This document shows positions 47,554-56,176 of a stretch of DNA of 64,000 nucleotides, piece by piece. The stretch is from Gemmatimonadales bacterium (GTDB lineage Bacteria > Gemmatimonadota > Gemmatimonadetes > Gemmatimonadales > GWC2-71-9). Under the pieces are notes generated by a model. That model made no database searches. It was given only the letters and a program-made list of their open reading frames with translations, and was not told the DNA's origin. The position numbers and the translations under genes are program-made. Position 1 is the stretch's first letter. Each line of letters opens with the position of its first letter. The stretch covers positions 160,001 to 224,000 of the forward strand of contig JBBCJC010000002.1 in NCBI GenBank assembly GCA_037189525.1, written 5' to 3'.

Positions 47554-50500
47554 ATGAAGCTCAGCCCTGACGGCAATCTCGTCTTCTCACCGAGCGACTT
47601 GATCGTCTTTCTCGAGGGAGACTTTGCCTCATGGATGGACCGGGCCCGTCTCGAGGCGGGACGGGGTGTCGCCATCCCGGCGCACATTGCGGCGGCCGCC
47701 GCGGATGAGCCATCGGACGAGACCGCGCTCTTTGCGCGCCTGGGCGATGCCCACGAACGCGCGGTGCTCGAACGGCTGCATGGCGTCGATGGCCCGATCG
47801 TCACGATCGATCGCGACAACCAGTCTCGCGAACGAACGCTCGAAGCCCTGACCCTGGCCCAAGCAACCATCTTTCAGGGTCACCTTGCCGACCCGCCATT
47901 CGAAGGCTACGCCGACTTCCTGCGCCGCGTTACCCATGAGAACGGGACCGCATTCGAGCCGTGGGACAGCAAGCTGGCACGATCGACCCGGCCGTATTTC
48001 CTGGTTCAGCTCTGTTGCTACGCAGCCATGCTGGCCCGTGTCCAGGGTCACTTGCCGGCACGGCTCGGCGTGATTCTGGGCACCGGTGATGAGCTGACCT
48101 ATCCGACGACGGATTTCATCCACTACTATCGCCACCTGCGGCGGCGTTTTCTCGCCTTTCAGGATCGCTTCGACCCGTCGGTCATGCCCGACCCCGCCCT
48201 CGAGCGTGGCTTGGGCAGCTGGAGTGATTTCGCCCGGCAGGAGTTGATCCGGCGTGACGACCTTCGCCTCCTGGCCGGGGTGACCAGAAGCCAGATTGCC
48301 CGGCTCCGTGAATGCGGTATCCAAACCCTGGCCGCGCTGGCCACCGGCACGCGTCCGCCGGACCTCCGCATCAAGCAGGGCATCTTCGACCGTTTACAGG
48401 AACAGGCCCGTCTCCAGATCACCTCGCGGGGCCAGGAACGGCCTGTTTGGATCGTGGTGCCGCCGCCGGAGGAACGGCCCGGTCGCGGTCTGGGCGGCTT
48501 GCCACCGGCCACGCCCTATGACGTCTATCTCGATTTCGAGGGCTACCCGCTGCTCGGCAAGGACGGGTTGGAATACTTGGTAGGCGCCGTCACGATCGAG
48601 AGCGGATCGCCCGAGTTTCACGATTGGTGGGCTCACGATTCGCTGAGCGAGCGGCGCGCCTTCGAAGCGGTGGTCGACTGGCTCTGGTCGCGCTGGCGAG
48701 CCCAACCGGCGCTGCACATCTATCACTACGCGCCCTACGAAAAGACCGCGCTCCGGCGGCTGGCCGCCAAGTACGCAACCCGCGAAGACGAGCTCGACGA
48801 CCTGCTGCGCAACGAGGTGCTGGTCGATCTCTACCCCATCGTTCGGCAAGGTATGGTGGTGGGGACGGAGAGTTACTCGCTCAAGGACATCGAGCGGCTC
48901 TATCGAGGACGTCGCGAAGGCACGGTCACGGCCGCCGGCGGATCGATGGTGGCCTATCAGAACTGGATCGACAGCGGCGAGCCCGGCGATTGGCGCGCAT
49001 CACCCAGGCTGGCCGCGATTCGGGATTACAATCGCGACGACTGCGTCTCCACCTGGGAACTCGCCGAGTGGCTCCGCAAGAGGCAGACCGAGGCTGGCAT
49101 CCCGTGGGCGCCGATCAAAGCCGCCGACGCCCAGAAGCCGCCGAGCGACAAGGAGCTCGAACGCCGGGCCAGGGTAGAGCCGCTGGAGCAGGAACTGCTG
49201 CGCCGCGCCGAGACTGCTACCGACCCGGAGTCCGGGCGGGTGACCGTCTTGCTTGCTCACCTGCTGCAATTTCATCGGCGTGAAGCGCGGCCGGTCTGGT
49301 GGGAGCTGTTCGATCGCGCTGCCAGGCCGGACGACGAGCTCGTCCATGACCATCGCTGCCTGGTCGGCATGGAGCGGACCTCGCGCCCGCCCTTTTCGAT
49401 CAAGCGTTCATTCGGATACGAGTATCGGTTCGATACCGAACAGGATTTTCATATCCATGCCGGCGACACCGGCCGCCTGCCACACGACCTCGACATCAAA
49501 GCATCGATCGAGAGCATCGACCCCGACGCCGGACTCGTCGTCATCAAGACGACCGCCGGGAAGTTGCCCAAGACCGCGACATTCATCGAGCATCGGTTCT
49601 TTTCGGCGGATGCGATTGCCGACAGCATCTTTCGTTTCGTGACCCGCTGGTCTCAGCGTACGCTCTCCGACCGCAATGCCGTGATCGACGTACTGCATCG
49701 GCGCGCGCCGCGACGAAAGTCCACTGCATCCGGCCCGCTCATTCCCGGCGACACGACCGATTTCCTCGCCGACCTGATTCGCGTCGTGGCCGACCTCGAC
49801 GACAGCTCGCTCTGCATCCAGGGTCCGCCCGGTACCGGGAAGACCTGGAGCACCGCCCAGGTCATCCTGGCGCTGGTCAACGCCGGCCATCGCGTCGGTG
49901 TCGCGTCCAACAGTCACTCGGCCATCCGGAATTTGATGGTGACGGTGGCTGAGCACGCCGCACGTCGCGGGACACCGGTTCGTCTGGTCAAAGCCGGTCA
50001 GGATGACGACGGGCTCGAGGCGCTCGCGGCTCACGGAATCACGCAGATCGAGTCGGGGGATGCCGCCGGCGCCTGCGAAGCTGGCCCGCTCGTGCTGGGT
50101 GGGACAGCGTGGGTCTTCTCGCGGGAGGATATGCAGGAACCGACGCCGCGACTCGACTATCTCTTCGTCGATGAAGCCGGGCAGGTCTCACTCGCCAATC
50201 TGGTCGGTATGGGCAGCGCCGCGCGCAATCTCGTCCTGATCGGCGACCAGATGCAGTTGGCGCAACCGGTCAAAGGCAGCCATCCCGACGAGAGTGGCGA
50301 CTCCTGCCTGGAGTACGCGCTACAGGGTCACGCCACCGTTCCACCCGATCGCGGCGTCTTCCTGCCGACGACCTGGCGGATGCATCCGGACATCTGCGAG
50401 TTCGTTTCGGCGGCGGTCTACGAGCACCGCCTGCACGGCGCACCGATTACCCGAACCCATCGGCTGGAGCTGTCGAAGCCGGGGCCGATCGATCGCGGGA

Positions 50501-50985
50501 CCGGTATCGTACTGATTGATGTCGACCACGACGGGAACACTCAGGACAGCGAAGAGGAAGTCGCAGCCATCGGCGCGATCGTCGACCAGCTCGAGGGTGG
50601 AACCGTCGAAATCGAGGGGACCCAACGGCCGTTCGATCGGACCCGTGATATCCTGATCGTGGCTCCGTACAACCTGCAGGTCCATCGCCTGCGTCAGGCC
50701 CTTCCGGATCTCCAGATCGGGACGGTCGACAAATTCCAGGGGCTCGAAGCGCCGGTGGTCATCGTCTCGATGTGCGCCTCTTCGCTGGAGGATGCCCCGC
50801 GCGGCGCTGCATTCCTGCTCAACCCGAATCGCCTCAATGTCGCGATTTCGCGGGCGCAGTGCCTTGCCGTGGTGGTCGGATCGCCCGACCTGACGATGAC
50901 GCGCTGCACCAGCGTCGCGGAGATGAAGCTGGTCAACCTCTACTGTCACCTCCGCGACTACGCGACTGGAGCGTTAGCGGAGTAA
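47554..50985 (+). CDS. TM0106 family RecB-like nuclease / RNase H-like / SF1 helicase
   Basis: [58 protein letters not shown] and RLNVAISRA. Confidence 0.93.
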   Translation: MKLSPDGNLVFSPSDLIVFLEGDFASWMDRARLEAGRGVAIPAHIAAAAADEPSDETALFARLGDAHERAVLERLHGVDGPIVTIDRDNQSRERTLEALTLAQATIFQGHLADPPFEGYADFLRRVTHENGTAFEPWDSKLARSTRPYFLVQLCCYAAMLARVQGHLPARLGVILGTGDELTYPTTDFIHYYRHLRRRFLAFQDRFDPSVMPDPALERGLGSWSDFARQELIRRDDLRLLAGVTRSQIARLRECGIQTLAALATGTRPPDLRIKQGIFDRLQEQARLQITSRGQERPVWIVVPPPEERPGRGLGGLPPATPYDVYLDFEGYPLLGKDGLEYLVGAVTIESGSPEFHDWWAHDSLSERRAFEAVVDWLWSRWRAQPALHIYHYAPYEKTALRRLAAKYATREDELDDLLRNEVLVDLYPIVRQGMVVGTESYSLKDIERLYRGRREGTVTAAGGSMVAYQNWIDSGEPGDWRASPRLAAIRDYNRDDCVSTWELAEWLRKRQTEAGIPWAPIKAADAQKPPSDKELERRARVEPLEQELLRRAETATDPESGRVTVLLAHLLQFHRREARPVWWELFDRAARPDDELVHDHRCLVGMERTSRPPFSIKRSFGYEYRFDTEQDFHIHAGDTGRLPHDLDIKASIESIDPDAGLVVIKTTAGKLPKTATFIEHRFFSADAIADSIFRFVTRWSQRTLSDRNAVIDVLHRRAPRRKSTASGPLIPGDTTDFLADLIRVVADLDDSSLCIQGPPGTGKTWSTAQVILALVNAGHRVGVASNSHSAIRNLMVTVAEHAARRGTPVRLVKAGQDDDGLEALAAHGITQIESGDAAGACEAGPLVLGGTAWVFSREDMQEPTPRLDYLFVDEAGQVSLANLVGMGSAARNLVLIGDQMQLAQPVKGSHPDESGDSCLEYALQGHATVPPDRGVFLPTTWRMHPDICEFVSAAVYEHRLHGAPITRTHRLELSKPGPIDRGTGIVLIDVDHDGNTQDSEEEVAAIGAIVDQLEGGTVEIEGTQRPFDRTRDILIVAPYNLQVHRLRQALPDLQIGTVDKFQGLEAPVVIVSMCASSLEDAPRGAAFLLNPNRLNVAISRAQCLAVVVGSPDLTMTRCTSVAEMKLVNLYCHLRDYATGALAE

Positions 50986-51822
50986 CTCCTCCAGTTTGAC
51001 GGAGGCATCGGTCTTCTCGTCACGGTATTTGACGATGACCGGCGCGTAGAGCGCAATGCCCAGCGCAGCACCCACTCCATACTTGACCGGCCGCGACCCG
51101 GGTACCACGACGGCGCCAGCCGGGATCTCGAGCGGACGATCGCCGTCTCGGCGCAGCAAGCGGTCGTGCACCAGATCGACCACGACGGTCCCGCCCGTCA
51201 GGATCGTCCCTGGCGCCAACACCGCACGCTCCCGAACGATGGTACCCTCGTAGATGCCGGTGTTACCACCCACCAGGACATCGTCTTCGACTACCACTGG
51301 CAACGCCCCGGCCGGCTCCAAGACGCCCCCGATTTGCGCACCTGCCGAAATGTGGACCCGCTTCCCGATCTGGGCGCACGATCCGACCAGCGCATGCGAA
51401 TCGATCATGGTACCATCGTCGACGTAGGCGCCGGCATTGACGTACATCGGCGGCATGCAGACCACGCCCCGGCCGAGATAGGCGCCTTCGCGCACCGAAG
51501 AACCACCCGGTACGACGCGAACGCCATCGTCTGCTCCGAAGCGGCGGATGCCGTAGGTGTCCTTATCCGCGAACGGGAGGTTGCCCGGGCCTGCAAGCTC
51601 GACCACGACACCCAGTCGGAAGCCAAGCAGGATCCCGCTCTTGACCCAGGTATTGGCCTGCCAGGTACCGTCTGCCGCGCGTGTTGCTGCGCGCACCGTC
51701 CCCGCCTGCAGCGCCAGTTTGAGATCGCCGAATGCCTGCCGCGCCTCCGCTTCGGCGCCTGCCGGCACGCCCGCAGCAAAGCGCTCGATCCGCTCCTGCA
51801 ACCCTGCTCCACCTGCCGTCAT
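50974..51822 (-). CDS. dapD: Tetrahydrodipicolinate N-succinyltransferase
   Basis: [17 protein letters not shown], hexapeptide repeats and GGVLEP. Confidence 0.93.
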   Translation of the reverse strand: MTAGGAGLQERIERFAAGVPAGAEAEARQAFGDLKLALQAGTVRAATRAADGTWQANTWVKSGILLGFRLGVVVELAGPGNLPFADKDTYGIRRFGADDGVRVVPGGSSVREGAYLGRGVVCMPPMYVNAGAYVDDGTMIDSHALVGSCAQIGKRVHISAGAQIGGVLEPAGALPVVVEDDVLVGGNTGIYEGTIVRERAVLAPGTILTGGTVVVDLVHDRLLRRDGDRPLEIPAGAVVVPGSRPVKYGVGAALGIALYAPVIVKYRDEKTDASVKLEELLR

Positions 51823-52709
51823 GCCACTGCCTCCACCGCGAAATCGCGAAGTACATTCTCGAGCACAGCCCGAGAGCTTGCCGATACCGGCACCAATGGT
51901 AATCGCAGCACGTTGGAAATCTTACCCATCATGGCCAGCGCACACTTGGCCGGCGCGGGATTGGTTTCGATGAAGTTGGCGTCGATCAGCGGCAGGAGAC
52001 GATAGTGCAACTCGCGGGCTTCGACCAACCGGCCATCGAGGGACAACCGGGCCAAGCGTGCCATCAGCCCGGGTACCTCGTTCGAGATGACGGAGATGAT
52101 CCCGTCGCCGCCGATCGCAATCAGCGGGAGTGTCATGCCGTCATCCCCAGACAGCACCAGGAACCCGTCGGGACGATCCTTGATGATTCGCATCATCTGA
52201 TTGAGGTCGCCGCTGGCTTCCTTGACAGCCACGATCCGTGGATGCGCGGCCAGTTCGAGAATGGTGGCCGGCGCCATGTTGACCGCGGTCCGGCCCGGCA
52301 CGTTGTAGAGGATCACCGGCCGAGTGCTGGCCTCCGCCACTGCCTCGAAATGCCGGAGCATTCCGGTTTGGGTCGGCTTGTTGTAGTACGGCGCCGCGCT
52401 CAGAATGCCGTCGACGCCAGCTTCGCACATGGCGCGCGTCTCGGCCACGGCCCGCGCCGTATCGTTGCTGGTGGCTCCTGCCACCACGGGGACCCGTCCG
52501 CGGGCGGCTTCGACCACGGTACGCGCCACGGTGAGCCGTTCGTCGTCGCTCAGCGTCTGGGCTTCACCGGTCGAGCCACACGCCACCAGGAAGTCGATCC
52601 CATCGGCGATCTGCCAGTCGACCAATCGGCGGAGTGCCGCCAGGTCGAGGGAACCGTCCGACTCGAATGGGGTTACCAGCGCGGTACCACAACCGCGAAA
52701 TGCGCTCAT
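51819..52709 (-). CDS. dapA: 4-hydroxy-tetrahydrodipicolinate synthase
   Basis: [31 protein letters not shown] and ETNP.P.K. Confidence 0.97.
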   Translation of the reverse strand: MSAFRGCGTALVTPFESDGSLDLAALRRLVDWQIADGIDFLVACGSTGEAQTLSDDERLTVARTVVEAARGRVPVVAGATSNDTARAVAETRAMCEAGVDGILSAAPYYNKPTQTGMLRHFEAVAEASTRPVILYNVPGRTAVNMAPATILELAAHPRIVAVKEASGDLNQMMRIIKDRPDGFLVLSGDDGMTLPLIAIGGDGIISVISNEVPGLMARLARLSLDGRLVEARELHYRLLPLIDANFIETNPAPAKCALAMMGKISNVLRLPLVPVSASSRAVLENVLRDFAVEAVA

Positions 52710-53404
52710 CGTTCGTCTCCAAAGAGGACTTGTTCGAATCGATAGATTCCGATATGACCCGGCAGCCACTCGGCCGCCGTGACCGCGCCGACCGCAAACA
52801 CGGCGCGATTGCGCGCACTGTGGGTCAGCGTGATGGTTTCGTGTTCGCCGTCGATTTCCAACCGATGCAGCCCGGGAATCGAGCCCAACCGTTCTGACGT
52901 GATCGGATACGGACGTCCGGGATCGCCGGCCCGAGCCGCGGCCTGCAGCGCAAGCCCGGTCCCCGACGGCGCATCCAGCTTGTGGCGATGATGCTGCTCG
53001 AAGATCGCCGCATCGAACTCGGGCCGGCCGGCCAGCGCCCGCCCCAGTTCGCGCGCGGCCCGGAACATCAGATGCGCACCGATCGAGAAGTTCGCGGCGT
53101 GGAGGAGCGCACCGCGCCGCGCCGCGACCAGCGCTTCCAGCGCAGGCAACTCTTCGCGCCACCCGGTGGTCCCGGTCACCACCGGCACGCCCAACTCGAT
53201 CAACCGATGCAGGTTGGCCACCGCGGCCGCCGGCTGGGTGAACTCGACCGCCACCTCGGCGCCGTGCAGCGTCGCCGCCGACAGGCCTGCTCCGTCGACA
53301 TTGTCGGCCTCGCCGATCCGCGCCACCACCTGATGCCCTCGACGCTCGGCTTCGGCAATGACGGCCTGTCCCATGCGCCCGAGACCGATCACGGCAATCC
53401 TCAT
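52706..53404 (-). CDS. dapB: 4-hydroxy-tetrahydrodipicolinate reductase
   Basis: GLGRMG, GTTGW, NFSIG and EQHHRHKLDAPSGT. Confidence 0.95.
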   Translation of the reverse strand: MRIAVIGLGRMGQAVIAEAERRGHQVVARIGEADNVDGAGLSAATLHGAEVAVEFTQPAAAVANLHRLIELGVPVVTGTTGWREELPALEALVAARRGALLHAANFSIGAHLMFRAARELGRALAGRPEFDAAIFEQHHRHKLDAPSGTGLALQAAARAGDPGRPYPITSERLGSIPGLHRLEIDGEHETITLTHSARNRAVFAVGAVTAAEWLPGHIGIYRFEQVLFGDER

Positions 53405-54762
53405 GCGGCCACCTCCGGAAAGAACTCGCGATGGAGCAGTTGAACCGCGCCGACGGCCTGATCCTCGCGAATCACGAAGGTCATGTTGATGGCCGAGGCA
53501 CCCTGCGAGATGACTTCGATGTTGATGGGATTGACAGCGGAGAAGATGCGGCCGGCGATACCGGGTTCGGTCCGAAGCCCGATACCTACGACGGCCACGA
53601 TGGCTCGGCCCCCAGCCGTGGTCACGTCGCCTAACGTCCCGAGATCGCGACAGAGCATCTCGAGGCGGGCCGGATCGTCGATGGTGAGCGAGACGCTGAC
53701 CTCGCTCGTCGCCACCACGTCGACGGAGATCCCGTGCCGTTCGACCACTTCGAACAGTTTGCGCAGGAATCCGACGGCATCGAGCATCCCGGTCGCACGC
53801 ACGTTGATCAGCGTGATCCCCTTCTTCCAGGCAATCGACCGGACCGGCGACCCCTCGATCGGCTGAACCGAGGCCCCGGCCAGGATGGTCGTTCCCGGCC
53901 GCCCCGGGGCAAAGGAGTTGAGGATGACACAGGGAATGCGAGCGTGGATCAGCGGAGCGTACGTGGAGGGGTGAAGCACCTTGGCGCCGAAGGTCGCGAG
54001 CTCGGCAGCTTCGTGGTGGCTCGCGACCTCGATCAATCTGGCGTCCGGTACCACGCGCGGGTCGGCGGTCATCAGTCCGTCGACATCGGTCCAGATCTCG
54101 ACCCGTTCAGCACCGAGCGCGGCGCCCAGCAGCGACGCCGAGTAATCCGAGCCCCCTCGACCCAACGTCGTCGGGCGGCTATCGGCGGTCGCGCCAAGAA
54201 ATCCCTGGGTGACGGGAACGATCCCGGCATCGAGGATCGGGCCGAACACCGCGGGGGCCGCCTGATCCAGTACCTGCCGGTCGACGACGGCCCGCCCGAA
54301 ACGCGCATCGGTACGCATCACCGTCCGGACATCGACCCACCGGGAGGCAATATCGGCCACCGCCGTCAGCGCCGCCGCCACCAGATGGGAACTCCAGAGC
54401 TCGCCGAACGAGACGACCGCATCGCGCACCGCCTCGGGTGCTCCACCGTCCCGCAGGCTGTCGAGCCGCGCCTCGATCAGAGCGACATCGGCCGCGAGAA
54501 CCTCGTCGAGCGCGCCGGAGACGCCCAGCTCTTCCGCCGTTGCCCGATGGCGAGCCACGATCTCGCCCAACCGCACACGGGCGCCATCCCTATCGCCGGC
54601 CTCGGTCTGATCGACCAGGCCAAGCAGGGCATTGGTCACCCCCGACATCGCCGACACGACGACCAGTGGGCGGCTGGTCAGTCTCCCTTTGACGATCCCG
54701 GCGAGTCGTTCGATCGCTGCGCAATCACCCACGGACGTCCCGCCGAACTTACAAACGATCAT
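53401..54762 (-). CDS. lysC: Aspartate kinase
   Basis: KFGGTSV, VVSAM, TLGRGGSDY, IWTDVDG and GAKVLHP; two ACT domains. Confidence 0.96.
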   Translation of the reverse strand: MIVCKFGGTSVGDCAAIERLAGIVKGRLTSRPLVVVSAMSGVTNALLGLVDQTEAGDRDGARVRLGEIVARHRATAEELGVSGALDEVLAADVALIEARLDSLRDGGAPEAVRDAVVSFGELWSSHLVAAALTAVADIASRWVDVRTVMRTDARFGRAVVDRQVLDQAAPAVFGPILDAGIVPVTQGFLGATADSRPTTLGRGGSDYSASLLGAALGAERVEIWTDVDGLMTADPRVVPDARLIEVASHHEAAELATFGAKVLHPSTYAPLIHARIPCVILNSFAPGRPGTTILAGASVQPIEGSPVRSIAWKKGITLINVRATGMLDAVGFLRKLFEVVERHGISVDVVATSEVSVSLTIDDPARLEMLCRDLGTLGDVTTAGGRAIVAVVGIGLRTEPGIAGRIFSAVNPINIEVISQGASAINMTFVIREDQAVGAVQLLHREFFPEVAA

Positions 54763-54799
54763 AAAACAAAAAACCCGCCACACGATATCGTGCGGCGGG
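54763..54799 (-). terminator. Attenuator (intrinsic terminator) immediately before the lysC start
   Basis: Minus strand CCCGCCGCACGATATCGTGTGGCGGG followed by TTTTTTGTTTT and then ATG. Confidence 0.88.
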
Positions 54800-54825
54800 G
54801 CTCCGGTGGTCAGAACTACGTTTGA

Positions 54826-54939
54826 CTACGCCGAATGCCCTCCGCACGGGCTGCACTTGAGCCCGCGCTTCTTCGCCCCGGCCTTAGTGGCCGACGTGAG
54901 AGCAGCGATGCGGTGCGCCTTAGCGGAAAGCGAGGTCAT
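54826..54939 (-). CDS. Putative lysine-sensing leader peptide MTSLSAKAHRIAALTSATKAGAKKRGLKCSPCGGHSA (37 aa)
   Basis: Five AAG Lys codons including a tandem KK; the 3' part is complementary to the terminator's 5' arm. Too short for the ORF track. Confidence 0.8.
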   Translation of the reverse strand: MTSLSAKAHRIAALTSATKAGAKKRGLKCSPCGGHSA

Positions 54940-54945
54940 GTTTGA

Positions 54946-54974
54946 AGCTTAGTGGGCTGATTTCTACAACACAA
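54946..54974 (-). promoter_or_regulatory. Putative sigma70 promoter giving a leaderless transcript starting at the leader ATG
   Basis: Minus strand TTGTGT-17 nt-TAAGCT-6 nt-ATG(54939). Confidence 0.65.
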
Positions 54975-55251
54975 GCGGTTGAGACCTTGGAAGCAAATCA
55001 TGCACTCGGCAGCGTACAACGCCGGGTTGATTCCCTGCGAGCCGCCAATGGCCGGCTGCACACGTCGGTTGGTGTCCTCGACGCACCAGGATCACGCCCA
55101 ACTCGTCACCCGGCAAGTTGTTTGGGTTCCTCCCTCGCCCTTACTGCGGCATTGACGGCGGAATTGCCCTATCAGCGGACGAACTAACTGGTACATGTGG
55201 CCGTGATCAGCATCACGGACAAATGGAGAGAACGCGGAATACCTTAGCCGG

Positions 55252-55797
55252 ATGCGATACCTTTCCGTGGTGGGGACCCTCGTTCTCCTCGCTGGCGCGC
55301 CTCCTCTCGCGCTTCACGCCCAGGAGCGCGGTCACGCCGCGTCTGCTGCGCTCCGGGTCGGGGGCGCGCCGGATAACGGCGGCACAGCCTCACTCGGCTT
55401 CGAGTTCCGCAGCCCGGCTGCCGGGCGAATCGCGCTCAGTGCAGGCGTCGACCGCTGGTTTCGGGCGGTTGGTTGCGACGCCGCCATCGGGGCACCAAGT
55501 GATGGTGGCGCGTGGGCTGCGGAAGCCGGTCTGATACTCCATTTGGCCCCAGCGACACGGGCTATGATTCCCTACGCTGCAGCGAGGCTCGGTCGCCTGT
55601 TTCCAGACAACTCCGCTGAGGAGCCTGGGTGGAATCCAAGCCTCAGCGTCGGCTTCGCTGCTCGCGCACAGTCGACCGTGGGATTCGTCTTTGAGGTCAA
55701 GTACAGTGCACTGATCGGTGAGGAGCCTATACCCTCGAAATATGCAGATCGGAGCGATCGGGTTTTCGTTCAGGGGGGAGTCAGGCTTTCCTTCTAG
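55252..55797 (+). CDS. Small outer-membrane beta-barrel-like protein
   Basis: Signal peptide, alternating beta-strands and C-terminal GGVRLSF (terminal Phe). Confidence 0.7.
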   Translation: MRYLSVVGTLVLLAGAPPLALHAQERGHAASAALRVGGAPDNGGTASLGFEFRSPAAGRIALSAGVDRWFRAVGCDAAIGAPSDGGAWAAEAGLILHLAPATRAMIPYAAARLGRLFPDNSAEEPGWNPSLSVGFAARAQSTVGFVFEVKYSALIGEEPIPSKYADRSDRVFVQGGVRLSF

Positions 55798-56037
55798 TGA
55801 CTGGCTAACGCCTAAGCCCTGTGAATTCGGCCGCTGGCTTCATGACCTGCCAACGGCCGGTTCAGTTTCACCTGGTATCCTCACCTCACATTGAGGTACC
55901 GATACAGTTGGTTGGGTCTGGCAGTGGCTGCAGTCACGCGACGCATTGCCCTGCTTAACGTACTCCTGCTCGCGTTCTCAAAAGCATGAGCTTCACTGCA
56001 CTAACCCGCGACCTCCCCATCGTGGCGCACCCCTTGG

Positions 56038-56166
56038 GGGGCATTGGGGGCGGGTTCGGGGCGGCGCCGCCAGCGCGTCAGTCGGCGCCCCCGCCATGCC
56101 ACCATCTCAACATCATCCGCGCGACTGCAGCGCCAGGCACCGCCCCGAACCCGCCCCCAATGCCCC
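56038..56166. repeat. Long hairpin element, copy 2 (shares its core with 27466-27598)
   Basis: 27-bp perfect outer inverted repeat; same core GCCAGCGCGTCAGTCG...CGACTGCAGCGCCA. Confidence 0.8.
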
Positions 56167-56176
56167 GACCCGGATC

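Noticed and set aside
54763..54980. Lysine riboswitch or T-box upstream of lysC
   Set aside because: I could not find the L-box AGAGG-type core or the T-box UGGNACC motif. The uORF plus antiterminator explains the region better.
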